A stretch of DNA of 64,000 nucleotides from the human T2T-CHM13v2.0 reference genome, Homo sapiens, in assembly GCA_009914755.4 (NCBI GenBank), contig CP068257.2:31360001-31424000 (forward strand), written 5' to 3'. Below the pieces are notes generated by a model, which was not told the DNA's origin, ran no database searches, and was given only the letters and a program-made list of their open reading frames with translations. Position numbers and translations under genes: made by a program. This document shows, one piece after another, positions 14,086-27,829 of this stretch. The stretch's first letter is position 1. Every line of letters starts with the position of its first letter.

Positions 14086-17000
14086 AGTCCTAGCTCCTTA
14101 ATTGGGAGGGGTCAGGAGCAATCACCCCTCCCCAACCCTCTGTGCATTTGGGTCCAGTGAGGCTGCACTTCTAGCCACCCATCCCAGGGGTTGATGTGCG
14201 GTCTGGACCTGGCCAACCAGGTCCTCGTGACTGGTCTGGAACAAACACGTGTCCTCCCCTGGGCCAGAAGGAGTCAACCCTGGCACTCTTTGGAAGGGAA
14301 AATTCTCTTTCTGCTGAGAGGCCTGGGCTGGTGGTATGGGAGCCTTGTGCTGCTGGCAGAAGAGAATCAGCATCGAGGAAAGCAGAGACAAGTCAGAGTC
14401 AGACTCCCAGCAACAGCTAGTGGGCATCCGGGACCAGCCAAGCCCAATTCGCCAACAAACCCCTCCTTTTCCTTAAGCTGTTTCAGTTGGGCATCTGTCA
14501 TTTACAAGAGAAGAAATTCTTTTTAATTTATACAAGAAAATTTTATTGGGCACCAATTATGTGCCAGGAACTAGAAATACAGCAATTATCACGATGGGTG
14601 CAGCCTCTGCATCCACAGAACTTATGGTTATCTACTAGGAATTCTGATTAAGGCAAGCACTTTGTACATGCCAGGGGTTGAGTTTGAAAATGCATCATGT
14701 TTTGTATTATTCAGAATTTCTTTAACCTCCAGAAAGACAGGGGCCATGAAGCCTGTTTTGCCTGCCCCAGCAGCTAGCTCAGTACATGGCTAAGTAGGTG
14801 CTACACAAATATTTTTAAGTCAACAAATGGACTACCCTAAGAGATAAGTCTTCTTTTGCTCATGAGGAAATTGAGGTGCCTAGGTGGTATGTGAACCCAG
14901 GACTTTTAGACCCCAAACCCATGCTCCAAAATTTCATGTGATACTGTCTCATAGTTGTGTTTGCTGCATAGTTAAGGCATAGTCCTGTAGTCAGTTCACA
15001 ATGTGTAAGTCCACTGCCCTGAGCTCACTAAGGGCACAATCATCACCAAAATGATTGCTGATGATAAGCCAGCTGCGATGGTAGGTAGGACCTACCATCA
15101 CTGTTAGGTGGGACCAGGCCACCGGGACTCTGCAGGGCCATCGCCCGGGATCTTTCAGTCCACTATGTGCATTTGTCTGAGCCAGACAGACCTGCACTTG
15201 ACTCCTGTACCTACTAGCTATGCTACCTTGGGTGACTTTTTTTTTTTTTTTTTAACAATTTTGTGCCTTGGTTTCCTCATCTGTAAAGTGCAGATGATAC
15301 TACTACCCACCTTAAAGTCATGTTCATTTTTTTACTCAGGAAGCATTTCTTGAGTTCCTACCATGTCCCAGTTATGACTAGAAGATGAGAGGCAAGGAGG
15401 GTGAGTATTTGCAAAGTATGCAAGTCCCTTAGGTGGGTTCTATACATGTGAGTTTGAGAACCACTGAGTCCGAGGCTCTAGTAGGAGGGTGCGGTGAGGT
15501 TGCCCAGGCAATTTCAGGGGTCAGGGCAATGGTGTGCTGGGAAATGTTCGACAACTGGGTTTCCAAGGGAAAAATGTCCTGCCAGTTTCCATGGTGGAGA
15601 TGCCCCTATCCTGGCCAATTTCAAGTTGCTGAATGTGGAGTTGGGAAAAGATACTCTCCACTGGTTCTCCACAGCAGAGCCAGCCTCCTCCAGCACCAAG
15701 TGGTCCTAGGGAACTCTGAGAAGTGGTTGGCACTTTTATTGCTGGAGGGTAAAGCAAAGATTCCTTCAAGAGAGTGATAAATGGGGAAGAGTGTAGCCCC
15801 CAGAACGGCAATTAACTTGAGGCTTTACCAAGAGGTTCTGCTTAACTTGGTGCAGACTGAGATGCTGGGACAGCTGGAAGATGCAAACTGGATGATCCGT
15901 GGAGGCTGTTTGGTTCGGGTCTCAGTTTCTCTAGTTGGGTCATCTCTACATGGCTGCTTTACCAGAATCATGAGAAAGAAGTCATTGTTTTTGTTTTAAG
16001 CCACTAAGTCTTGCTGTAGTTTATCCCACAGCAACACATAACTACGGTAAGGGAGTTTCCCCCGGAACTTAGATTGTCACATCTAAGCTGTGGGCTTGTG
16101 CAAGATCAGGGTAGTCATCTACTATGTCCCAATGCTTAGACCTGTTTGCAAGAACATACTATTTTCAGAAAGAGTGGCTTATTCTCAAGCACATGGCTAT
16201 GATATTGCTTCCTAGAAAACAAAAAAAGAACTGCAGTTTTTTCCAGCAGCTTGCCAAATAATTGTGCAAAATTGAAAGATAGTAAATTTCTATATGTGTT
16301 TGTGTTCACACATACTTACCACCATGCCTAAAATAAATGAAATCAGATAATAAATTTCTCTAGTTTATCATAATCATACATCATGGCCCAGGCTGTATAT
16401 TGGACCATCCAGTTATTTCAGAAGAGTTAGTTGGAATGTATGGACGGCAAATGTTGGTGCTCAGAAGAAAGACATAATTACTATTTTCAGGTTGCCTGGT
16501 TCCCTATCCTTATAATGAGTAAGATATTTAGAATCCCGAACTGTTTATGTGACATTTCAATAAGTAATGCAGAGATTTGACAACATTTCCATATTCCTCT
16601 TTTAAAGTCTGAATGCCTCTGCCTTAATCCAAGCTCCTTGGCATTTATTACTGTTTGTTACAATAACAAGTAAGATTATGAGAATTCTAATGAAGGCTTC
16701 CAGTGAAAAACTCTGTGATTAAAATGCCATAATAACAGTTGCATGCATTTATGTGCCTGATTACCATAATCTATTTAGCACAAGTAAACATACAAACAGA
16801 AGGAGAAAAGCAAGCCCCCTGACACTTCAGCTAAAGGAGAATTTGAAATGTGGAGGAGACAATGTAAATATGTAAATGTCTTTGTGTATTCTTTTTATCT
16901 CTCTCCTTTCTCATCCTTGCCTTTTTTTTTTTTCTGTTTGCTAATGAGAAGACTATGTCATCCCATGTGGTCTCTGCTTTACCAGGCTGAGGTGCATTTG

Positions 17001-19049
17001 GGGCCATCTGCTGGGCCAGCATCCTAAACAATGCCACCCAGAAAGCACTGGATATATTTGCAACCACCTTTGACATCCCAGAATAGAAAAAATGGTATCT
17101 CAAAGACTACAGTCTTTGATGTGTTCACTCTGAACACTTAGTTCAGCTGTTACCCCATTAATGCAAGGCCTGGTTGAGCCTGGCCACGCGGTACCCTGTC
17201 CTTCCCCCACCACCTCCCTCCCCCGACAAACACCACATTGTCAACAAATTAAAAGCAATCATGCCAGGTTTCTAAATTAGTCTCTCTCTGTATCTCTGCT
17301 GGCTTCATTATTTTTAATTCTTAATAAAATGTCAGGCAGGAGACTGACTCGCATCTTCCACTTGGTATGAGATTTTAAAGAACTTTTTAAAATGTGGAAC
17401 TGAATACTGGAATTTTAAAGTAGGATAATGGTGACAATTTCATTTGGGAAGTAACTTAAAGAAATTGCTGGAATCCCAAACATTTTGTAGTAAGGAGACA
17501 GCATAGGCATGTTCTTTTTTCAAAGAAGGAAATAATTTCTTTAAACAGAAGCAGGCAGGTAGCTGATCTAGCCTCAATGCGGAGAGATGGACTGAGGAAA
17601 TGTACGTGAAACAAGCATGGGAGAGTTTATAGAGTATTAGAGAAATACTAAGCCTAGTAGTTTAATACAACTGAGGCCTAAAGATAGCCATGTTAGCTCT
17701 TGCTTATTAATTTTTTTTGTTTTCCAAAAACAATCTTGAGGCATGTAAAAAAAAAAAATCCTGAAATATCCATATATAGGGAGCCCTTAGAGTGAAATTC
17801 GTTGAGCTTTTACTATGTCCCAGGCACTGTTCTACATGCTTTCCCCATATTATCAAATTTGACACTCATAATAAATTGTAAGGAAGACACTGTTACAGAT
17901 GAGGAAACCGAGACATAGACGTTAAGTAGCTCACTCAGAATGGCATTAGTTTAATAAGTGAGGAAATCAGAATTCTAACTCAGGCAACCTCAATCCAGAG
18001 CCTGCACTCTTAAACAGAAAGCTAATTTTCAATTTTGTATTCTCCAGAGTTTAAGGATCGTATGTCTTCGTGGAAAACTATATATCCTAAGAGAAATGAT
18101 ACAGCATAGTGCCTGATACATAGTAATCCGGCAAGATATGCTGGCATTAATATGATAACAAAAATCACATTATTCACATCATTAGGAGAGACTATTGTTT
18201 CCAGTCCCACACATTTCTAACACACATTGATGTGCATTTTTCCAATTAAAATAATCTTAAAGAAAGGAGGCCAGGGGGGGTACACAAAAGTAAGAACCCG
18301 TATTGCTAAAAGCAAAACAGCCCATTGTTTGACCATCCAGCTCCGCACTTACCTGCCCATATGGTGGCTCCTGGAAGCCAGCATGCTAAGCACCATGTGT
18401 ACCAAATAATCACAGGGGTAGGTTAAAGAGACAGCCTTCCCCCTAATTTGACCAATTTAGCATTTGGGGAGTAGTCTGTCTGTGCCTATCTTGGGAATTT
18501 TTAAACAATGGGTTGAAAGAGAAATTAGGGGAGGCAGACAATATTTCGGAATCAACCTAATAAATGTGAACAGCTGCAATGCGATCATCAGCACAATACA
18601 TGATGGTTCCTTTCTCCAAGAAAATAAATGTGCGCCTCCCCGGGGGTCTGTCCTCTGCCACCCTCCTCTACTCGCAGTATGCTTTCCGCTTGCACTGATG
18701 TGCCCTTGTGCCTCCCTTCAGCCCTTGGCTTGAAGCCCTGGACTAGATCAACCAGAGAACGGGCATCCCCACTGGGTGCTCCTCCTGTGTCTCCCCTTCA
18801 ACTCATCCAAACAGAAACTCTTCCTCTTGGATTCTCCATCACAGTTGATGAGATGGGGCACCCTCATCCGTCCAGCTGCTCAGGCTTAGAAAACTAACAA
18901 AGTCCTCCACTACTCTGCACCCTCACTTGTCTATACGGAGCCATTCATCAAAGTTTGCCAATTTCACCTCCTAAAAATGTCTTCCATCCCTCCCCTCTTC
19001 TCCATGAGGGGAGTCTGCCACTGCCCAAGGTTGGAGTCTGCATTTGTCT

Positions 19050-19400
19050 GCTAGGGCTGCCATGACAAAGTAGCACAGACCGGGTGGCTTAAACAGCAGA
19101 AATGTATTGTCTCACAATTCTGGAGGCTGGAAGCCTGAGATGAAGGTGTCAGCAGGGTTGGTTTCTTCTGAGGCCTCTCTCCTTGGCTTGTGGATGGCCG
19201 TCTTCTCCATGTGTCTTCACATGGTCTCCCCTCTGTGTGTGTCTGTGTCCTAATCTCTTCCTCTTATAAGGACACTAGTCATATTAAGGGCCCACCCCAA
19301 TGACCTCATTTTAATTTAATTACATCTTTAAAGACCTATGTCCAAATACAGTCACATTCTTAGGTACTAGGAGTTAGGACTTAAACATACCAATTTGGGT
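19050..19400 (+). mobile_element. Copy of the 'ctggaggctggaag' LTR/MER-like repeat family seen at 1678-2050.
   Basis: Signature: 'caaagtagcacagaccgggtggcttaaacagcagaaatgtattgtctcacaattctggaggctggaagcctgagatgaaggtgtcagcagggttggtttcttctgagg...cttataaggacactagtcatattaagggcccacccc'. Confidence 0.55.
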
Positions 19401-19859
19401 CAGGGAAACACAGCTCAATCCATAACAGGGTCCTTATCATCTCTCACCTTGACTACCATGAAACCTTGTATTTACTAAGCTTTCTACAATGATCAGATCC
19501 TGTATTTTCCATATTTCCTACCAAGGACCATGTATGACTTCTATTACCAGAAAAATACTCATCAATGAAATATTTTGAAGAAAATGGTGGTGTTCTCCTT
19601 CCAATTCAGAGACTTCTCCTTGGCCACTGTCTGTTCTGCTTTAAGCTTCTCCTTTGTCGTGTTTCTCCATGTTCCATCCCCTGGCCTCAAATCTGGGTTC
19701 TCCTCTTCTGTTTCCTTTTCTCAGGCTGGTGAGTCAGCTGGACAGTCATCTGAGTCTGGAGTTGGGGCCAACTTCTTTGGCATCACATTCCAGACAACAG
19801 AAACACTGATGAGCACAGGGCATCTGAATGGGGCCGTGAGTCATTGTTTGTAGTTTGTC

Positions 19860-20290
19860 AGGTGATATGGTTTGTATATTTGCTCCCACCAAACCTCATG
19901 TTGCAATTTGATCCTCAGTGTTGGAGGTGGAGCCTGGTGGGAGGTGTTCAGATCATGGGTCATGGGGGCAGATCCCTCATTGAATGTCTTGGTACCATCT
20001 TCTCGGTAATGAATGAGTTCTCACTCTATTGGTTCCTATGATAACCAATTGTTAAAAAAGAGCTTGGACCTCTCTCCTCCTCTCTCTTCTTCCTTCCTCT
20101 CTGGCTGTGTGATGCCTGCTCTCCTTCACCTTTTGCCGTGATTGGAAGCTTCCTGAGGCCCTCACCAGAAGCAGATGCTGGCACCACACTTCTTGTACAG
20201 CCTGCAGAACCATGAGCCAAATAAACCTCTTTCCTTCATAAATGACCCAGCCTCAGGTGTTTCTTTATAGCAACACAAACTAAGACATCA
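19860..20290 (+). mobile_element. Diverged MaLR LTR, THE1/MST/MLT-like.
   Basis: It starts 'tgatatggtttgtatatttgctcccaccaaacctcatgttgcaatttgatcc...gtggagcctggtgggaggtgtt..atcatgggtcatggggg' and ends with the '...ccatgagccaaataaacctctttccttcataaatgacccagcctcaggtgtttctttatagcaacacaaactaagaca' motif. Confidence 0.6.
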
Positions 20291-21284
20291 GGGAAGAGTG
20301 AGAACTATTTTGAAATTGAAACATGGATGTATGTTCTTCAATGCACATTGTGGGTTTCATGGAATTTTATTCTAATTCTGCAACTTGGAACACTTTTGTC
20401 CACACCCCGTTCTGGGGAGGTAATGGGGCCATGGAACCCTTTCTGTGTCCATCCATATTTCAGCCCTCCAGGAGGCTTTGCCAGGCAAGTTATACCTCAC
20501 TCTGGATGAGCCTCTGGACATCAAGAGACATCAATGGTGCCAAAGCACCATACTAGATTTCAACAGAGGCAGCATGCATGGCCCTTCAGAGAATGAAGGC
20601 TGGATCCTGGTCCCTGACATAGAGACCCTAAAGCACTCTCTCATCTCACCGTTCAGAATATGTGGATCACCCCCTTGGAGAGTTCTGGCCCTCAGGAAAC
20701 TTACACCTACCATCTAAAGTTCTACACTTCTACCCTGACTCCCACACTCCATAAAACCAGGGAGATGGAGCCCCAGCTGCACTGTCTCAGTCAGGGTCCC
20801 AGCAGGAAATAGCATACCCAAGTTAGGATACTTGGAAAGGGGCTAATTGACAAAGGGACTCATTACCACAATGGAGCCAGCATGTAGAGAAGCCACAAGA
20901 GATAGTACAGGGGTCAGAAGCTAGCAGAGCCAGAGCTGTCCCCAAAGAACAATGGGAGGGAGAATTTTCCAGAACCCAGAGGAAAGAGTTGTGCAGAAAA
21001 GGCTGCCTTGGAAGTAACCATGACCTAGTACTGGGGACATAGCTAAGCTGCAGTAGACATGACAGGGAGGAAGCCAAGGAGACAAATGCCTCAGTCTCCT
21101 CCCCGCACCAGGTTGACTGAGCCCAACTGGAGGAATCCAGGAGCAGAGCGTGGGGTGGAGGCAGAGGAGAGTGAACCCACCAGAGAGGTGAGGCTGAAGG
21201 CACTCGCCTCTCCATCATCACTGAGTCTGCTGCGCTGTCTCGCCTCCAACTGGTGGCTGAGTCTTTACTCTGGAGGCGCTTCCT

Positions 21285-21720
21285 AGCATTGCCATAACAA
21301 ACTGCTACCAACTTCATAGTTTAATACATGGATATTTATTGTCTCATAGCTCTGGAGGCCAGAAGTTCAAAAGCAAGGTGTTGGCCGGAGCGCATTTCCT
21401 CTGAAGGCTTTAATGGAGAATCCTTCCTCGCTTCTTCCAGACTCTGGTGGCCTCAGGCATTCCTCGGCCTGCTGCTGCATCACCTCCATCTCTGCCCCCA
21501 TCTGGCCTTCTCCTCCTGGCTGCATCTTCTCATCTTCTGTCTGTCTCAAATCTCCCTCTGCCTTTCTCTTATAAAGACACTTGTCATTGGATTTAGGGCC
21601 TGCCTGGTAATCCAGGATGATCTCATCTCAAGATCCTTAACTTAATGACATCTGCAAAGACCCGTTGTCCAAACAAGGGCACATTCACAAGTTCTGGGGA
21701 TCTGCACATATTTTTTTTAG
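21285..21720 (+). mobile_element. Copy of the 'ctggaggccagaag' LTR/MER-like repeat family.
   Basis: Signature: 'gccataacaaactgctaccaacttcatagtttaatacatggatatttattgtctcatagctctggaggccagaagttcaaaagcaaggtgttggc...ctcttataaagacacttgtcattggatttagggcctgcctggtaatccaggatgatctcatctcaagatccttaacttaat...'. Confidence 0.55.
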
Positions 21721-23704
21721 GGGGGTGCACCATTCAACCCAGGACAAGGGGCAAGTCTCTTAATCCTTGGAAAACAGTCCTGGAAGGAAGCCCCACACTA
21801 TCAGAAGACCTGCTGACTCCTGCTCAAATCCATGCCCTGGACCTCCAAGGGCTCTGCACCGCCCCCAACGCCCCCCCAATCCCCGCAAAAGGAGACTCAG
21901 GTGGCAGGTCCTGCCTGAATCATTGTCAGTATAAGGGGCCTAGGGCAGTTTATGGGCCATGTCAGCTCCTAGGAGAAGATCTGTCCAGTGCTGAAAGTAG
22001 GGTGTTAAAGTCTCCAGCAATTGTTGTACTGGGGTATAGACCCCAGTACATCTGACTGGGGTCTATCTCTCTCTATATATAGAGAGAAATCTCTCTCTAT
22101 CTCTAATAATATTTACTTTATATCCCTGGTTGCTCCAGTGTTGGGTGCATATATATTTACAATTGTTATATCCTCTTGCTGAACTGACCCCTTTACGTTA
22201 TGCTACCTGCCAACCCATGCCACCCACTTCACATCAGCTGTCTGCTAGGAGCTCTGCCTACGCTGTCCCTCGCTGAGACATGTTAACCTCAGCTGCCAGC
22301 CCTAGGCCCAAGACCCAATAACTATGCTGGAGGTGACGATGACCTCCCAGATCTTTTCCAGAAACATCCCCCACTGCTTCAGGGCATTCACAGCTAAAGG
22401 TATACTTGGTCAGAGCAGCTAAAGGTATACTTCCAAAGTGAATCAATAGCAGTAGGAAAACGTAGTTCCTAGCATTTAAGATAGTGGTTCCTCAGTGTGA
22501 CAGAGATTGCTGGGTTTTTACCCCAATATTCATTCTCCTCTATTTTTACCATTCTATTTCCTAATGGGCTCCAATTGGTGGCACCTGGCCATGCATCTAA
22601 AGACTACACTTCCCAGCCTTACTTGGCTTTAGGTGTCGCCATGTGACTAAGCACTGGCCAATGGGATGTGAGTAGAAGTGATACACGCAGCCTCTGGGCC
22701 CTACCTTAAGAGAAGGTGGTGTGCCCTCTACTTCCCCCTCTTCCCACTGTTGACTGGAATGCATACATGATGGTGGGAGTCACAGCAGCCATCAGCACAA
22801 GAGAGGAAAGGCAACACAGGATGGATGCCAATGCAACAAGATAAAAAGACACTGTGGAGCCACTGTCTGGGCTGAGGGATGCTCCATACAGGCTGTTACA
22901 TGACAGAGAAATGTTGGCACAGCTGTTAAGCTGACATGAGGGTTCGTGGCTAAGTGATCTATCAATAAAAATACTTCCAGTGGAGGCTGCTAAGGGAGTT
23001 GGCGGGTGTGGGGGGAAACTAAGCCAGAGAGGAAGCCAAGAAAGACTGAAATCTCAGGCAAAAGTCCTGCTAAAGAGACTGGGCTTCTGACTGAACCCAC
23101 AAGGGATCTCTAGAGTAAAAATTATGCCTTGGCCCAGAGCTACAAAACCTTGCACCATCATTGCATTCAGCTCTCTCCATAGTCAGCAAAGTATCCCCAG
23201 GAGTCCACGCACAGCCCTGTGAAGATGAGTTGAAAATGTTGGCCATTGAGAGAGAAAGCACACCAAAGCCTAAAGGCATGCATGGAAAGGGTTAAAAGGG
23301 ACTGAAGCAGATGTGTCTGGACAGATGTCTTTGTTACGCTCAAAAGCATAAAACGAAAAGAAAGAGTGAAGAGGCAACCAGGACCTACAACATCTGCTAC
23401 GTAAGTTGGCCTAGGGTGAATCCTGATCACCACACCCACTTCCTGCCTGGCTTCACGAGTGACCAGAACATGCCCACTCACCCTTCCCTTACAGCATCCT
23501 CTAAAGTGAGGGATAGCCTCCTAATATTGCAATATTGTGTGAACCTGGAGTTTTGTTATGATTCTGCCCAGAGTAGCATTCAGGATTCAAACTCAGTTGA
23601 TATAACAAAGACATCTGCAGCAGACAGTTACCCCTCCAGACATCCAAAAGTCCCCACTCAGAGTTCAAAAGTCTGTTACCTTTGGTTAGTATTTGGTTTC
23701 AGTG

Positions 23705-25115
23705 CATTATAAAAACCAACATGATGGCTTTAACAAAGCAGAAGGGTTTGTTCTCTCATCTAAGAGACCAAAGCATTGGTCCCCAGCAGGTCTGGCACCC
23801 ATAGTATCAGCGACCCAGGTTCCTTCTCTTTTCATGCTCTTTTATATGTGGCCCCACAGCCAACTTATGATCCTCAATGACTCCTCCAGCCTCCACCATC
23901 ACGGAGGTTGGGGTTCTGCCTAGCTGGGAGATGAGAATGGAATGAGAAGAACATGCTGTCTCTGGAAGGATAGCTCTGGAAGTTGCCCATGCCACTTCTG
24001 TTTACTTCCTACTGGCCAGAACTTGGTCACAAAAGAGGCTGGGAAATGTAAGGAGTCTGGGATATGTAGTTTTAATTCCAGGTGGCCACATGCCAAACCA
24101 AAAAGCCTATTTCTACATAGAAAGTGGAACAGATTTGGAGGAACAATCAGCGATGTTTGCCATGCCGCCATATGACCAGGAAACCCTTGTGTTAATCACA
24201 TGCACTCTAACCACCTCTCAGGGCTGTGGAGGGAATCAAAGAAATTGTAATAATTGTGATCACAATTACTTCGAGCATAAAGTTTGAGAGCAGAGATGCT
24301 GCAGGACCTCAGCACCTATGACAGTTCATGGCACAGGAAAGGAGCTCAATAAACATCGATTGAATTATTTACTTAAAACATAAATATTCCTCAGCAGATA
24401 TAATGCATTGACGCACCTGGGCTGCTTTGCTCAACTCCTTGGAAAAGTCGCTGGTAAATCTTTGGAAGGATTGGAAATGGTTCCAGATGTTGAAATCATT
24501 TGTAATTTGTAGCATTGATGTTTTGAGGAGGGAAGTGACACTTTATTATTCTCCCCTGTAGCGCCACCGTGGTCAGTCTCGTCACCTATTCTGACATCCA
24601 AATTAGAAATCATCTTTTCCCTGGACTCAGGAAAATAAAAGTTGAGCATTTAAATTAGCCATCAGGCAGTCTCTCTTATACACTGCAACATAAATGGGGA
24701 CAACAACGGTTAAGTGACAATTTGGTAACATCTACCAAAATTACAATGCACAGATTATGTGGCCCAGTAATGCTAATTCCAGGGATTTATCCTTATGATA
24801 TACTACATATTTACACCTGTGCAAATGAAAATTTGCCAGGTATTTCATGGGAGCATTGTTTGTAATACTAAAAAGCTGGACAGGCCACTAGCTGTCAATT
24901 AAACCTATAATGTGTTGGGATTCCAGCTAGCTGGGAGATGAGAATGGAATGAGAGGGACATGCTCTCTCTCTTGAAGGATGCCAAGAATGAAGAGAGAAG
25001 GACCCTGGGTCCCTGACACTATGGGTGCCAGACCTGCTGGGAACAAATGCTCTGGTCTCTTAGATGAGAGAACAAACCCTTCTGCTTTGTTAAACCTATG
25101 TTTATTATTGACAGC
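23705..25115. repeat. Repeat pair ~1.2 kb apart. A ~150-bp segment (23705-23850) recurs inverted at 24982-25115. An adjacent ~55-bp segment (23919-23972) recurs in direct orientation at 24926-24979.
   Basis: The sequence 'ggctttaacaaagcagaagggtttgttctctcatctaagagaccaaagcattggtccccagcaggtctggcacccatagtatcagcgacccagg' has its reverse complement at 24990-25100. The sequence 'ctagctgggagatgagaatggaatgag..g.acatgct.tctct..gaaggat' appears twice on the + strand. The ORF-track peptides 23693..23923(+) and 24927..25136(-) share 'FNKAEGFVLSSKRP.H..PAGLAPIVS.TQ.PSLF'. Confidence 0.8.
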
Positions 25116-25889
25116 AAGTGGCCCATCGAAAGACATTATGGCATGCCCATATTACAAAAGGATGGAAATATTTTTAAGGAAGAAACTTTTAACAGACAGC
25201 TACAAAGCCATCTCCAAGACACTAACTGGATAAAAGCAAGATGGAGAACAGTGTGCATAGTATGTTACCATTTGTATAAAAAGGGGAACAGAGTGTATAT
25301 GTTTACATTTGCTTCTATTTGCATAGAATACCTCTGGAAGGACAGACAAAAGAGTAACTGAGCAAGAGAACTGGGTGGCTGGGGGAACAAGTGTAGTAAA
25401 CAAACTTTGCATTATATGTTTTTGAATTTTGAACTATGTAAATATATCACATATTCAAAAATAATCAAACAAAAAATAATAGCTCATTAGCTTCATCTAG
25501 TGGTCTTATATATATTCTTTAAAATATGTCTGTCTAGATCCCTCTGATTGATTGCCCTACAAATAGGAGAGAAGAAATACTACTGTTTTTGCAATTACAG
25601 TAGGAAAAAGTGGACCCATCTGTACATTTCAGGCAGTGCCTAAAAGTACTGGGGCCAGCTTAGAGAAGTTTATTCAGTGCAGGAAGCACCCTGATCTCCC
25701 ATCATCTGGGGCACAGACTGTCCTAGCTTCTCTGTGACTGAGGCAAGAAAAAAAAAAAAGCACCATAAAGAGCCAGGTAGCTTTTTTTGAGGTTGGGGGG
25801 GTGGGGCAGTGGGAAGGTCCTAGTTTTGATTGGGCAAATAATTTTTCCTGCACCTGTGACCAATCTGGTGAGGATGTTTGAGAAACAAT

Positions 25890-26181
25890 TCTTTTTTTTG
25901 GAGACAGTCTCACTCTGTCACCCAGGCTAGAGTGAAGTGACATGACCTCGGCTCATTGCAACCTCTGCCTCTTGGGTTCAAGCGATTCTCCTGCTCCAGC
26001 CTCCTGGGTAGCTGAGATTATAGGCTCCCACCACCACGCCCGGCTAATTTTTGTATTTTTAGTAGAGACAGGGTTTCACCATGTTGGCCAGGCTGGTCTT
26101 GAACTCCTGACCTCAGGTGATTCGCCTGCCTCGGCCTCCCAAAGTGCTGGGATTACAGGCGTGAGCCACCGCACCCTGCCC
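25890..26181 (-). mobile_element. Alu element, antisense, poly-T at the low-coordinate end.
   Basis: Signature: 'ttttttttggagacagtctcactctgtcacccaggctagagtgaagtgacatgacctcggctcattgcaacc...cccaaagtgctgggattacaggcgtgagccaccgcaccctgcc'. Confidence 0.95.
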
Positions 26182-26224
26182 TGAGGAAAAAATGTATTCT
26201 ATGTATTCTAAATATGGGCTGCAG

Positions 26225-26246
26225 GTATGTGTGTGTGTGTTTGTAG
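26225..26246. repeat. (GT)n microsatellite.
   Basis: The sequence reads 'gtatgtgtgtgtgtgtttgtag'. Confidence 0.85.
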
Positions 26247-26574
26247 GTTTAGAAAGAGAGCATTCTCTATTCAGTGGAGAGAGCAAGGTACAGAAACAAC
26301 AGTGGACAGAGCATGCCACCATTTGTGTGAAAAAAGAAGAGAAAGAGAGATCTTTAAATATACTTTGTACTTGTGAAGAATATTTATAGAATACACAAGA
26401 AACTGTAACAGTAGTTGCCTCTGGGGGTCTGGGGGAAGGAGATCAGTTGTACCAGGGAGACTTACTTTTAATCAAATAACCTGTCTACTATTGGAGTTTT
26501 ACTTCAGGTACGTGCTGCACAGCAGCTATTCAAGACATGTTTTAAAGAGAAGGGAATTTCAGTTTATATGATGT

Positions 26575-26660
26575 CCTTCCATCCCCTCCTTCTTTCCTTC
26601 CTCCCTTCCTTTCCTTCCTTCCTTCCTGCCTTCCTTCCTTCCTTCCACTCTCCCTCCGTC
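26575..26660. repeat. (TTCC)n / pyrimidine-rich simple repeat.
   Basis: The sequence reads 'ccttccatcccctccttctttccttcctcccttcctttccttccttccttcctgccttccttccttccttccactctccc'. Confidence 0.9.
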
Positions 26661-27829
26661 CCTCAACCCCCCTTTCTTTTTTATTTCTTTCTTAGTGCAA
26701 ACTGTAAACACCGCCTAAACAGAATGGCCTCTTTGCTTAGACAAATGCCTTCGATTCAACCTAGAAGCAGATGACCTTTTGTTGTTGTTGTTGTTGGAAG
26801 TGGGGAAAGAAAAAAGGAATCAATGTCTAAAACTCCCACACTTTGCAAAGTCACAGAACCCAAGTTCTGCCTGGTCACAACTGCAGTCAAGGAATGTCTT
26901 GCTCCCACCTTAAAGTCATTCTTCCTGGAGCCAACGAAGTCACTTAAAGACCAGTGGGCTCAGCTTTCCACACACACCTGCCTCTTCTTTGGGCAAAGTG
27001 GGAACCAATTCTTCCCTCTGTATCTGCAGGGAAAGACTCTGCAAAGGAGAGCGAGCTCTGGGCGCAGAGCGCCAAAGGGCCCAGGAGGAGAGCACGCCTT
27101 CCGTTCTTGTCAGGAGGGGGCCCTGACCCCAGGGTCTTCCCAGCACAACCATCCACACAGTGGAAACAGATTTCAGGGGGTCCAGCTCTGGCCAGTTTTT
27201 CAGGGCTGAACGAGCCCTGGGCAAAGGAGAGGAAGAGGCAAAGGAGAGGAAGGTCTAAAAGGGATTGAATGGTGCAGCCCTACACTGTTAAAGGGGATTG
27301 GGTGGATCTTGTTTTTATATGGGAAGACATCTAAGAGGTGCTGAGAAATGAAATAAAGCAGGTTACAAAGTTTGTATACAACCAGGCTGGAAGGGCATTC
27401 ATCAAAATCTTGACAGTGGTTTGCTGGGAGGGGCAGAGGTGTTGAAATGGTAATGGTGACGTTTGCTTTCTGTATCATTTCAAAGTTTTGGTTTGTTTTT
27501 GTTTATAATGCACATGCATGTTTTTAACAGCATGCTTACTGAATGTTATTTCACAGGTGGTCAAGGGGTTTGAAGGCACGACTATTCATATGATTTGGGA
27601 GAGGTTGCTGAATCTCCAGGAGATACCCTTGTGAGCTTCAGACTGGGGTCTGTGTCTGGGACTGGAAGACCCCAGGACATTGGAGAGAGGAGCAAAGCCT
27701 AGAGCATGAGCCCCAGAAGACGCCACTGTGCCGGTGCACCACCTGGGGACTTTGGCTTATGTGGATTCTGTTTCAGTAGATCTGGGTGGGATCGAGATCT
27801 TTTATTTCCAACCAACACCCACGTCCCAG

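Noticed and set aside
22040-22100. The palindromic TATATA/(CT)n/(GA)n segment 'tctctctatatatagagagaaatctctctctatctct'.
   Set aside because: It is a short simple-sequence palindrome without flanking transposon hallmarks. It is most likely slippage-derived low complexity.
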